Assembly (NCBI GenBank): GCA_965240325.2
Contig: OZ251250.1
Span: 558,001-622,000, forward strand
Source of the DNA: Rebecca billardiae RCC1528
Lineage: Eukaryota > Protista > Haptophyta
Length of the DNA: 64,000 bases
Direction of reading: 5' to 3'
Part shown: piece after piece, positions 53,968-64,000 of the stretch
Numbering within the stretch: the first letter of the stretch is position 1
How the letters are laid out: each line of letters begins with the position of its first letter
Notes under the pieces: generated by a model
Databases searched by the model: none
What the model was told of the DNA's origin: nothing
What the model saw: only the letters and a program-made list of their open reading frames with translations
Program-made: the position numbers and the translations under genes

Positions 53968-54715
53968 AGCAGCCCACGATCACGCACAGGTAGAGGACTG
54001 GCGTGATGACGAGGACGATGATGAAGGCCATGATGCTCGTCGCGCGCGGGTTCTGCCAGTTCAGCGCGGCGTAGATGTACGGGCTGCTCCCGTCCTCGAA
54101 CGTGCCGCCCGCCGCCCAGTAGATGAGGGTAAAAGCCAAGTACAGGAGTGCAAACGCCACGGGGAAGACCACCTGCGCCGCGCGCACCGGCTGGCGGTTG
54201 AGCAGCGCGTCAACGACCATCACGACGAAGTTGACGCCGTGCGTGAAGGTCGAGAGCACGTACAGCGTGCCGCTGAACACGAGCGTCCAGTACATCAGGA
54301 AGATCATGAAGGAGACCGGCAGCATGATGTTCTGCAGAACGAGCGTGACGATCACATACGCCGGCCGGATTGAGCGCGCGTCGTTCGCGTCGCTGAAGAC
54401 GGCCTTGTACGAGGTGAACGTGGCGAGGCCAAGGTAGACGCACTCGAGGACGAGCCCCCAGTGCGTCAGCTTGGTGAACCAGTACGTGATGTACCCGGGC
54501 CGGCCCTCGCCGTCCTCTTCGACCGCCCAGTCGATGAAGCTCCACAGCGTGACGCCGAACCAGAAGACGAAGAGGCAGGCGCGCGTCGCGACCCACGCCT
54601 TGGGCGGCATGTACCCGGACGTGCCGAAGCGCGCCTGCCAGCCCGCGTCGTCGTCCTCTATCGGGCGCATGTCCACCGTCAGCGTCTCCTTGAATGTGGC
54701 CCACGCAGCCGCCAT
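53897..54715 (-). CDS. Rolling stone-like multi-pass membrane protein (FAR-17a/AIG1-related), 272 aa, intronless
   Basis: 'WFTKLTHWG', 'FLMYWTLV', 'THGVN' and 'PYIYAALNW', with about 6 TM helices. Confidence 0.85.
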   Translation of the reverse strand: MAAAWATFKETLTVDMRPIEDDDAGWQARFGTSGYMPPKAWVATRACLFVFWFGVTLWSFIDWAVEEDGEGRPGYITYWFTKLTHWGLVLECVYLGLATFTSYKAVFSDANDARSIRPAYVIVTLVLQNIMLPVSFMIFLMYWTLVFSGTLYVLSTFTHGVNFVVMVVDALLNRQPVRAAQVVFPVAFALLYLAFTLIYWAAGGTFEDGSSPYIYAALNWQNPRATSIMAFIIVLVITPVLYLCVIVGCYRVEIMFCDPRQQELEAKTRSEL

Positions 54716-54938
54716 CTTTCACGGGCAAGAAGCGAAGCGCGTGACCAAAATCTTCGTGGAAAGCGTGATGAGCGGCCCAACTTTCGTCCAATGTCATACC
54801 TCGTCACGAAACGACAACGAAATACTGCTGGTACAGTTTATTTGTTTTAACGTGCGTAAGGCTCACGGTGGCAGGTTGCCGCGCCATCCTTCATCGCACG
54901 CTCTCCGAAGAGAGACCCGGAAACTGTAGTACCCCCAT

Positions 54939-55407
54939 GGCTCTGGCTTCGGTTGACCCCTGCCAGAGACGGGCACTGTGAGCTCCTTCATGAAGTCACT
55001 CGTGAAAACTGCACAGGAGGACCTCAATGGATGCCTAGATGATGACTTCAGAGCGATATTGCCATTGGGCCAACAAGCACTTCCTCTATAGTTCAGACTC
55101 TATTTTCACTATGTATTTACCCATTTCAGACTCTGGTCAGAATGCGGTCCGGGAGCGATCCGGATGCACCCGTAGCTATTGGAAATATGTCACCGGACTG
55201 GGTAAATAGCTATGAAAAATAGAGTCTGAAGTAGTCACAAACTGAGTTTCACACCCTGGGCACTTATTGGCCATCCATAGTAACCCTACTTGCGGAGCCC
55301 TGTGGGACACTTCGGGCGTTCATTCGACCGCAGGAATGCGAAGATCATTTTCGGTACGCCCGGTTTCTATGACCGGACTCGGGCAGGGGTCAACCGGAGC
55401 CAGAGCC
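54939..55407. mobile_element. MITE-like element with 26-bp TIR and an inner ~140-bp inverted-repeat unit (about 55093-55230)
   Basis: GGCTCTGGCT(T/C)CGGTTGACCCCTGCC at both ends. Inner TTCAGACTCTATTTT...TATTTACCCA / TGGGTAAATA...AAAATAGAGTCTGAA. TSD unclear. Confidence 0.75.
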
Positions 55408-55531
55408 CCAGTACTACGTTCTTGTTAATCCACGTATGACGAGCGATTGGAATTCGCACGGAAAGCCGACGCAACCGGCATCAACATCCTATATATCGCG
55501 TCAAGTAGCAGTACTGCTAGCTATACATTCG

Positions 55532-55946
55532 TCACCTCGGGTTGGAGCGCGCGCGCCCGCGCCGTCGCTTGTTGCGCACGGCGGCGCGCGCGTGCGTGCG
55601 TGCGCGAGAGGACGCCGTGCTCGCCGTGGCGGCGCGCGGCAGCGTGAGCGCGTCGATGTCGCCCGCGCTGGAGACGCGGCGCATCGCCCTCGCGCGCACC
55701 GCCGCGCCCTCCGGCAGCAGCAGGTGCTCCAGGTCGGAGACGTAACTGCTTTCCGTAACGGCCGTACCCGGCCGCTCCCACGGCAGCCGTGACGGCTGAG
55801 AGCTCGGCCGGCCCAGGGCATCCTCGTCGGGCGGGTTGAGGCGGACGACCTGCAGCGGGTGGTGCGCGAGCGGCGACTCGCCGTACGCCGAGCCGCCCCG
55901 CCCGCCTCCCGCCCCGCCGCCGCCCGAACCCTCCGCCGAACCCTCC

Positions 55947-55977
<31 letters not shown>

Positions 55978-56276
55978 TCAGCTGCTCGAGCTCCCGCCGG
56001 TATTTAGCATTTGCGATGTGGCCCATTTCGAGCACGCCGCGGTGGTAGAAGGAGACGGGGAGGCTCTCGCGCTGCTCGGCGGAGGCGTACACGCGCCGCG
56101 CCTGTGCCGGCGGCGGGGCGGGGCGGGGCGGGGCGGGAGGGCGAGCCGCGAGGCGGCGGAGGCGCCACGGCGCGGGTGCAAGGCTGAGCGCGCGCACACG
56201 CGCGCGCACGCGGCGCCGCGCGTGGCTGTGCGCGCGCCGCGACGCCGCCCCCTGCCCCGTCGCCGCCTGCCCGCGG

Positions 56277-56307
<31 letters not shown>

Positions 56308-57003
56308 TCCGCCCACCTGAGCCCGCCCGCGACGCGCCGCGCTCCCCTTCCCCGCCCCCACCACGCGCGCGCGCGCGCGCGCCCACACCGTGACGTCTTC
56401 AAAGAGCTGCTGGGCTTTCAGCATGGCCGCCGCCTCCTCCTCCTCCCGGTAGAGGACTGAGTCTGAGGAGAGCGCGAGGAGGGAGGGCTGCGCGGAGGAG
56501 GGGGGCGAAGGGGGCGAGGCGACGGAGGCGTGCACGCGACGCCCGCGCGCCGTGCCACCCGTGCGCCCGCCCGAGCCGCCGCCCACGGGCACCCGATTCT
56601 GCGGCGGCGGGGACTGCGAGTGCGAGCGCTGCGCGCCGCGCGCCGCGGCGGCGGGCGGCGTCGAGCCGAGCAGGCGGCCGTCGAGCGAAGTGCTCGAGCC
56701 GGGCGTGGTGGGCGTGGCCTCGCGGAGGGCCGCACCGAGCGAGCTCGGCGGCGGGTAGCTCTGCCCGTGCATCGCTGCCTGCTGCTGAGCGCGGCCGACG
56801 ACGCTCGGCGGTGATCGAAGTGCGCTCGCGAGCGGCGTCGGGCTGGTGATGCGCTGCCCGCCGGTGGGCTCGCGCCCGGCGGCGCGCGTCTCCGTGGGGC
56901 CCATCATGATGATGGGCACGCTCGCCGGCGTGCTGAGCCCCTGCGCGGGCCGATGCCACTTGGGCTTGGTCGACGTCCGCTTCGCCTTCGTCGCGGGCTG
57001 CAT
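55532..57003 (-). CDS. Hypothetical low-complexity protein, at least 2 exons (57003-56389, 56101-55532)
   Basis: A GTGTGG...GCACAG intron containing (GT)n joins the two frames in phase. Confidence 0.6.
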
Positions 57004-57676
57004 CGTGCCGGCCGCGCGGAAGCACCCCCCGGCCGGAAACAGACGACGACGCGCAGCTGTCGGTTCTTCTTCGTCCGGAATTTCGCCGGGGCGGGTCTAG
57101 CCAGAGCGGTGCATTCAGCATGGCTGCTGCCTCACCACCTGACGCCAAGTCGCCCCCTTGCCGCAAACAAGGCCCCGGAGGGCCGAACAGCGTCGACGCC
57201 GCCGCCACGCCACATGCGCGTGCATGACTGCCACTCACGGAGTTGCCGCCCACGCTCCCGACGACTCCAACTGCTATCCGTAAGCTAGCAGCAATCCGGT
57301 ACCGTCCGGCCGCGCCGCGCGCGGCGTCGCCGCGGACCCGGCGGTCAGCGACGCGGCGACGCAGCGGTCGTCGCCATCGGTCCGTGGCTAGTAGTGACGA
57401 CGCGGCGACCCGCGCCGCGGCTGTCGCGGTCTGAAGTGAGTGAAGTCGTGCGGACGGACCGTGACCAACGAGCGTCACGCGCTGCGTTGTCCACTCCGCG
57501 GCGCCTGCCAGCCGGCCTGCCGCCGTGACTAAGTTGTCAGTTTTGAGTGAGTTTACTCGTCAACTGTCGTATCAATTCCCGCGCATCAGTATCACTCTAT
57601 GGCGGTACGTCAAATAGTTGATTACTGATGAATACTACTGTCTTAGAGTAGACTTATAGTCTTATGTATGACTCTC

Positions 57677-57710
<34 letters not shown>

Positions 57711-57730
57711 GACTATGAGACTGCTGAGCT

Positions 57731-59422
57731 TCAGCGGTAGTTGGTGGTCGGTACAAGACCGGCGTAGCGCGCTGCCGGGTGGCGCTGCGCGTCCTGCGGC
57801 AGGCTGCCGCCCACGACGCCGGCGACGCCGCCGACCACGCCCGTGCCCACCGCCCCGCCCGCCGCAGCCTGGGACTTGCCACCGTTCTGGCTCGCCGCCA
57901 GCTGCTGCGCACGCTGGCCGCCGCCGCCGCCACTCGGCGCGACGACGACGGTACCCGCCGCGGCCGCGCTCGCCGCCGCCGCCGCCGAGAGCTCGGCGCG
58001 CGCCGCAAGCCGCTCGCGCGACTGCAGGGCCACGCGGAGCTGCTTCGCGCGCAGCGCCTCGGCGCGGACGGCGTCCCTGTACCCCGAGCGCTCGTCCTCC
58101 AGCTGCGGGCGCGAGGCGGCGGAGGCGCGCGCACGGCGCGCGCGAGTGTTCGCGCGCCACGCGGGCGCGGGTAAAGCGGGTAAATCGGGGAGCGGCGCGG
58201 CGTACGGGGCGGGGCGTGCGCAAAGCCCCGCGTGCTCGCACGGAAGGCGCCCCCGCCCGCCCTGCGCCACTGGCACGGAGCGCGTGCCCTCAGCCCCCCC
58301 TAGCCCGAACCACCGCCACCGCAAGCCGGCGCGCGCGCGCGCATGCGTGCGTGCATGCGCGCGCCGCGCGTGTGCATGCGCGCGCGCGGGCGCGCGGGCA
58401 TGCGCGCGCGGGTGCGCGTGCGCACGCGCATGGCGGGGCGCGTTGGCGCGCGGGCGCACCTTTCGAATGTGCTCGGCGGTCTTGTGCGAGGCGAGCTCGG
58501 CGAGCACCTCCGCCTCGATCTTGGCGCGCTGCTCCAGCTGCCAGCGCGACACCGCCTGCGCAGGCCACGGCGCCTGCGCACGCGCGCGGCCGGCGCGCAG
58601 CGGCGCGCGGCGCGGAGCGCGCGGCGCGGAGCAAGGGTGTGCAAGTGAGCGCGCGCGCGCGCGCGCGGGCGCCGTGCGTGCGTGGTCCGCGGGGCGCGGC
58701 GTGGCGTGGCGGAGGCAGGGCGAGGCCGGGCGCCCTGCCGGCGGCACGCACGCGGGGTGCGCCGCCCGACCGAGCGCCGCGCGCGCACGCACACGCCCGC
58801 ACACACGCGCGCACACACGCGCGCACACACGCGCGCACACACGCGCACACACGCGCGCACACACGCGCACCCACACGCCCGCACACACGCGCACCCACAC
58901 GCCCGCACACACGCGCACACACGCGCGCACACACGCGCGCGAGAGCGCGGGCGCACGCGCCGCGCACGCGCCACCGCGCCGCGCGACCGCGCGCACATGT
59001 GAGTGGCCGCCCGAGCGCCAGGCCGCCACCTCCTCCCGGAGCTCGGCGACCGTCAGCGCCTCCAGGCCCGCGCCCGGCCCCGCCGCCGCCCCGCCGCCGC
59101 CAACGCCGCCGCCAGCGCCCTCAGCGGCGGCCGCAGCCGCGATCGCCGCCGCGGCCGCGCCGCGCGGCGGTGTGTCGGCGCGCGGCGTGAGCGTCCCCCG
59201 CGGCGTCTGGACGAGCGCGCCGCCGGCGTCGCCGCGCGGCGTGGGCACGAGGTCCGCCGCCGCGCGCACGTCCGCGTGCTGCTGCCGCTGCGCCAAGTTC
59301 CCCGGGAGCTGCGGCCGCGCGAGCGGCGCCGACGGCGGGCGCGCGCCGCGCGGTGTTGTTGCCCGTGACCCTCGGGGCACGTCGGCGCCGCGCGGCGTCG
59401 CGCCGCCGCCGCCGCCGCCGCT

Positions 59423-59455
<33 letters not shown>

Positions 59456-59801
59456 GACCCCGCCGCGCGGCGTCGCGCCACCGGCGCTGCCGCCCGCGCG
59501 CGGCGTCGCGCCGCCGCCGCCGCCGCCTCGCGGCGTGGCGCCGCCGCCGCCGCGCGGCGTGGCGCCGCCGCCGCCGCTGCCGCCGAGTGCGCCGCCGTGC
59601 GCTGGCCAGCCTGCGAAACTTCCGGAAAGTTCCGAGCCGCCGCCCGGCCTGAGCGCGCAGCTGGCCTGGCTCGGCGCGCGGCCGATCGGCGCAGCGCCCT
59701 CCAGCGGCAGCGGCAGCAGCTCGGCCAGCTGCGCCTGCGTCAGCCGCGCGCTGGGCGGCAGCGGCGGCTGCGCGCGCGCGCCGTGCCGCGCGCCCGGCGG
59801 C

Positions 59802-59850
<49 letters not shown>

Positions 59851-62800
59851 GCTCTGCGGCGGCGGCGCCCCCGACCCCGCTGCCGCCGCCGGCGACGGCG
59901 CCGAGCGTGAGCCCGAGCGCCGCCGAGCCCTCCTCCGCCACGCGGCCGTGCGCGCGCAGCACCTCGCGCAGCGCCGGCAGCGCGCTCAGCTCGAGCGGCG
60001 GCGCGCGCATGTGCGCGGGCACCAGCACTCTGTAACGGTCCGAATTTACCCGTATGGGTAATTCGCCGCGCTCGACGCCCTCGAGCGACGCGCAGAGGCG
60101 GAGGAGCGCGTTGAAGAGGACGGCGAGGTCGTGCGCGGACGCGCCGTCGCGCGCGCTCGCCGCACCCTCCGCCGCCTCCGCGCGCGCCGCCGCCTCGCGC
60201 GCCGCGCCCTCCGCCGCGTCCGCGCGCGCTGTCGCCTCCGCTTGCGCGCGGCGCAATTGCGCGCTATGCTCGGCGCGCAGCGTTGCGAGCTCGCGCGCGT
60301 GCGCGTCGGCCGCGCGCTGCGTCGCGCGGCGCACGGCCGCGTCGGTCTCGTGCGCGCCCTCCGCCGTGGCGCGCAGCGCGTGCGGCACCGCGTTCACGAT
60401 CGCCGCCTGCTCGGCGAGCAGCGACTGCGAGCGCGCCGCCACGCTCGCAACCTCTCGAGCGCGCGCGCGCGCGTCGGCGCGCAGTCCTTCGGCCTCCCGG
60501 CGCGCGGCGGCCGCGTCGTCCAGAGCCTGCTTGAGGCGCTCGCGCTCGCGGGCGAGCTCGGCGCGCAGCTTGGCCTCGCGCTCGGCGGCGGCGGCGAGCT
60601 GTGCGTACGACCCCTCGTCCACGCCGCCGCCCGCGCCGCCGCCCGCGCCGCCGTGGCCGCCGGCCGCCGCGGCCGCCGCAGCCAACAAAGGGTGTTGTGT
60701 GCCGGAGGCGCCGGGGCGGGAGGCGCCGCCGCCGACACCGCCGCCGGCGGCGGCAGCGCTGGCTGTGTTGTGTGCACCGAGCAGCGCCGCCATCATGCCC
60801 ACGCCGCCGCCGCCCGGCGCGCCCTCGCCACCGCCGCCCATCCCACCAACCCCGCGCCCCGGCGCACCCGCGGCCTCGCCCGCCGCGGCCGCCGCACCTG
60901 CCAACACAGCGCGAACCTCTGGCGGCAGCGCGCCGTCCGCGCCGCCGCCCGCCGCGCCGCCTCCCAGCAGGGCTTTGAGCTGCTCCGCGTGCGCGGCGGA
61001 GACGTTGGCGAGCTCGAGCTTGAGCGAGGCGACCTCCTGCTGGAGCGCGTGGATCCTCGCGAGCTGCGGGTTCATAGCCTCGCCGCTCGACAGCGTCGGC
61101 TTGTTCATCACCTGTGGCGGCGCGCGGCGCGGCAACACCCGGGCCAACGGCGGCGGCGGCGCGGCGTGAGCGGCGGCGGCGGCGCGGGAGCGGCGCGCGA
61201 GCCGCCCACTGCGGCGCCGCGCCCACTGCGACGACGCCGCGCCCACCGCGGCGGCACCCGCCCACGCCCGCCCGCCGGCGCGCGCGCCGGCACGCCCACC
61301 GCGGCACCCGCCCACCGTGACGCCGCGCCCACCGCGGCAACCGCCTGCGCGCCCACTGCAGCACCCGTCCGCGCGCCCACTGCGGCACCGCCCGCGCGCC
61401 CGCGCGCGCACACCTGCAGACAGCGCGAGGCGAAGAGCAGCGTGTTGGTCGACTCGTCGTGCGCGTCGTGCGCGGGGTTGATCGTCGCGAGGAGCGTGGT
61501 GAACGAGTTCCCGCCGAGCGACTCCTGCAGCATCCGCGTGAGCTTCGAATCTCGGAACGGAATGTGCATGCCGCCGGGCCGGTTAGCGCCCGCGCCTGCA
61601 GACGCGCTGTTCAGAGCCATGACCACAGAACCGAGCGCCGAGAGAGAGCGATTGATGGTGAGCGCCTCCTTGAGGCGCTGCCCCTCCGAGCCGGACTTGT
61701 TGAGCCGCTCCGAGCCCGCCAGGTCCACCAGGTGCAGCTTCCCCGCGATCGTCTTCCCCGTCTCCGCGTTCGTCTGCACGAGCTGCAAAGTAAACACAGT
61801 ATGCGAGCGCGACGAAACTTCGTTCAATAGCGTCTCGTGCGTCGCGCGCAGCGCGGAGCACGCGGAGATGACGGCCATCACCTCCTCGATCGAGGAGACC
61901 TCGATGTGCTCGAGCTTGTCCACGAACACCCGCCCGTCCGCCGCCTCCCGGATCTCCGTCCGGATGTTCTTCCGCAGGTCCTCCACCGTGAGGTCGTGGC
62001 GCGCGCGCTCGCGCTCGCTCCAGCCCGCGCGCGCGCGGCCGTGCAGAGGCGCGTACTCAGCCGAGCCGCCGAGGAGGGCGGAGGCGCCGCCGGCGCCGCG
62101 CTGCGGCGGGTGGGAGGAGGCGGAGGAGGACTCGGCGACGATCGAGCCGCTCGTCGCGCGGCGCGCGAGCTGCACCGCCCGCGCCACGTCGGCGAGCTTG
62201 CCGCGGCCGCCCGCGCCGCCGCCGCCCGCGCCGCCCGCGCCGCCGTCGAGCGTCGTGCGCGCCTGCTGCACCGCGCGCCCGAGGTCGTACAGCTGGTCGA
62301 GGTAGTTCTCGACGAAGGAGACGAAGACGCTCGCGCGCACGTTCGAGCCCACCAGCCGCTTCCGCCGCTCCACCTCGGCGAACATGAACTCGAGCGCGCG
62401 CGGCACGATCCCGCGGTCCGCGCCGCCCTCGCCGAAAATCGAAAACGTTTTTCCCGAGCCGGTCTGCCCGTAGGCAAAGCAGCACGAGTTGAAGCCCTTG
62501 ACGACGTGCGCGCAGAGCGGGCGGCAGACCGAGCTGAAGATGTGCTCCTGCGCGGCGGCGGGAGCCGACGCGCCGCGCCGCGCGCCGCGTGAGCGCACGC
62601 GAGCGGCGGCCGGGCACGCGCGGATGCGCGCGCGCGGCGCAGCGCCGCGCCGCGCCGCCTCGGCCATGCGCGCGCACCTGCGTCGTCTCGGGCATGAAGA
62701 CGTCGTCGAAGCTGAACTCGCGCTCGGGCTTCGTCTCCTCCTGCCCCTTCGGCGGCCGCACGTGCAGCGTGCCCGGGTCAGACGGGAACGTGGTGTACAG

Positions 62801-62935
62801 CTGCTGCGCCGGCGGCTCGGCGTGGCGGCGCAGCCGCACGCACACGCGCACGCGCGTGCTGCCGTCGGCGGCGGGCTGCGCGCTCGCGGGCGGACCGGCA
62901 GGCCGGAGCACCTCCGACACGCCGTCCGAGCCCAT
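57731..62935 (-). CDS. Kinesin motor protein with coiled-coil stalk, about 1324 aa, 5 exons
   Basis: Exons 62935-62678, 62547-61414, 61111-58997, 58555-58460, 58102-57731. RVCVRLR, FSFDDVF, P-loop GQTGSGKT, switch I NEVSSRSH, switch II LVDLAGSE, HIPFRDSKLTRMLQESLGGNS. Confidence 0.95.
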
Positions 62936-63255
62936 CGGCCGCGCTGCGCCGCTCAAGCCCGTCCGAGGAGGCGGCGCGGCGCCGGGCCGGCGAGCGTTAG
63001 AGCCTGCGCAGCTCAAGGCCAGCTAGCTGCTGCTCACCACCGGTGCCAACCGGCTGTTTGATGACTACAGGAGTATGCACAGGTTGATCATGAATGGCCG
63101 ACTGGCCGCTCAATATTAATCGTGCTAGCATCGGCTGCTTCGATGCTGCTAAACGGATTTACTTGCTTCAACAGCCAAGAAATCCGGGGCTCCACCCAAG
63201 GACTGGATGAGAATCCGGCTTCTCTTTGCCGCTGACGTGGCCCATCAAGCCCAGA

Positions 63256-63705
63256 ATGGCGTCGGGCGCGGGCCCCCGCGCGCGCGGGACGGATGGCTCG
63301 GACCACAAGTACCGGCAGCGCGTCGAGTCGCACTACACGGTGATGGCGAGCGCGCGCAAGCGCCTCCATGCCGCGAGCCAGCTCCACGCCGCGCACGTCG
63401 TCAGCACCGTCGCCGCGCTCACGAGCGGCTACATGACGAGCGGCGAGCTCGACGTGACGGCCGGCTTCCACATCGCCACGGCGGTCGCGTCGGGGATGGT
63501 CGGGCTCAAGGCGCGCGCCTCGTCGAAGGCGTCGGTCGTCGGCCCAGTCGAGGCCTACTCGCGCCAGCTCTCGTACCAGTTCTTCCTCTGCGCCCTCTCC
63601 GCCGCGCTCTGGTCGTACGTCTGCCTCACGGCGCAGGCGGGCGCGGACGCGCCTCTCCACGCGCGCATGGGCATCCTGGCGCAAGTGTTCGGCGCGGCGT
63701 CGGAC
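63256..63705 (+). CDS. JAGN1: Jagunal homologue, first exon (gene probably continues beyond the window)
   Basis: MASGAGPRARGTDGSDHKYRQRVESHY, compared with JAGN1 [33 protein letters not shown] donor at 63706. Confidence 0.85.
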
Positions 63706-64000
63706 GTGCGCGCGTGGGCGCCGGCGGGGCGAGCGCGCGCGAGCCCCGCGCCCACGCCCGTCGGCCGCGGCTGACTCGGCGCCTCGCCCCCTGCCCCTGT
63801 GCGCGCCGCCTGCCCGCCCGCCCGCCCACCCGACCGCTGTGTCTCTCAGCTCTTTGGCTTCAGAGCGGCTGCGGCGCTCGCCGGCGCGCTGCTGGAAGCG
63901 AAGGGGAAGGGGCGGAAGTGACGAAGCCGAGCGGTGCACGCGGCCACGTGTGCCCATGCCGCGCGCAGCACACGAGGCCAGGCGGCCCGCCCAGGGCGGC

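Noticed and set aside
1-64000. tRNA, rRNA or snoRNA genes
   Set aside because: No convincing cloverleaf, rRNA signature or properly spaced C/D boxes found by eye. A covariance-model scan would be needed to exclude them.

Overview
Very GC-rich eukaryotic nuclear DNA with GT-AG introns of GTGCGC...GCGCAG style. The style suggests a haptophyte, possibly Pavlovales-like; this is inference only. Most entries in the ORF track are shadows of GC-rich or low-complexity sequence. Left arm: a UPL3/TRIP12-type HECT E3 ligase and a SAM-TM-TPR protein. Middle (about 17.6-46 kb): an accessory, transposon-rich island. It holds two intronless F-box-like/RCC1 paralogues (one frameshifted), a nest of four TIR/foldback elements stacked in one tiny target, several MITEs, a secreted RTX-type Ca-binding repeat protein, a GT23-like fucosyltransferase, an unknown secreted protein, and gene fragments (RFC2 last exon, FkbM methyltransferase, NACHT-WD40). 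It also holds an EsV-1-7-type Cys-repeat ORF whose near-identical 114-bp repeats vary mainly at three adjacent codons. Right arm: a divergent Ubc9 ending in a SUMO-interacting motif, a complete five-exon lamin (rod, NLS, Ig tail, CaaX), CSN8, a rolling-stone-like membrane protein, a kinesin and the start of jagunal. Best candidates for novelty are the hypervariable EsV-1-7 array, the lamin with its adjacent Ubc9-SIM gene, the nested element cluster, and a 24-bp motif shared upstream of unrelated genes.
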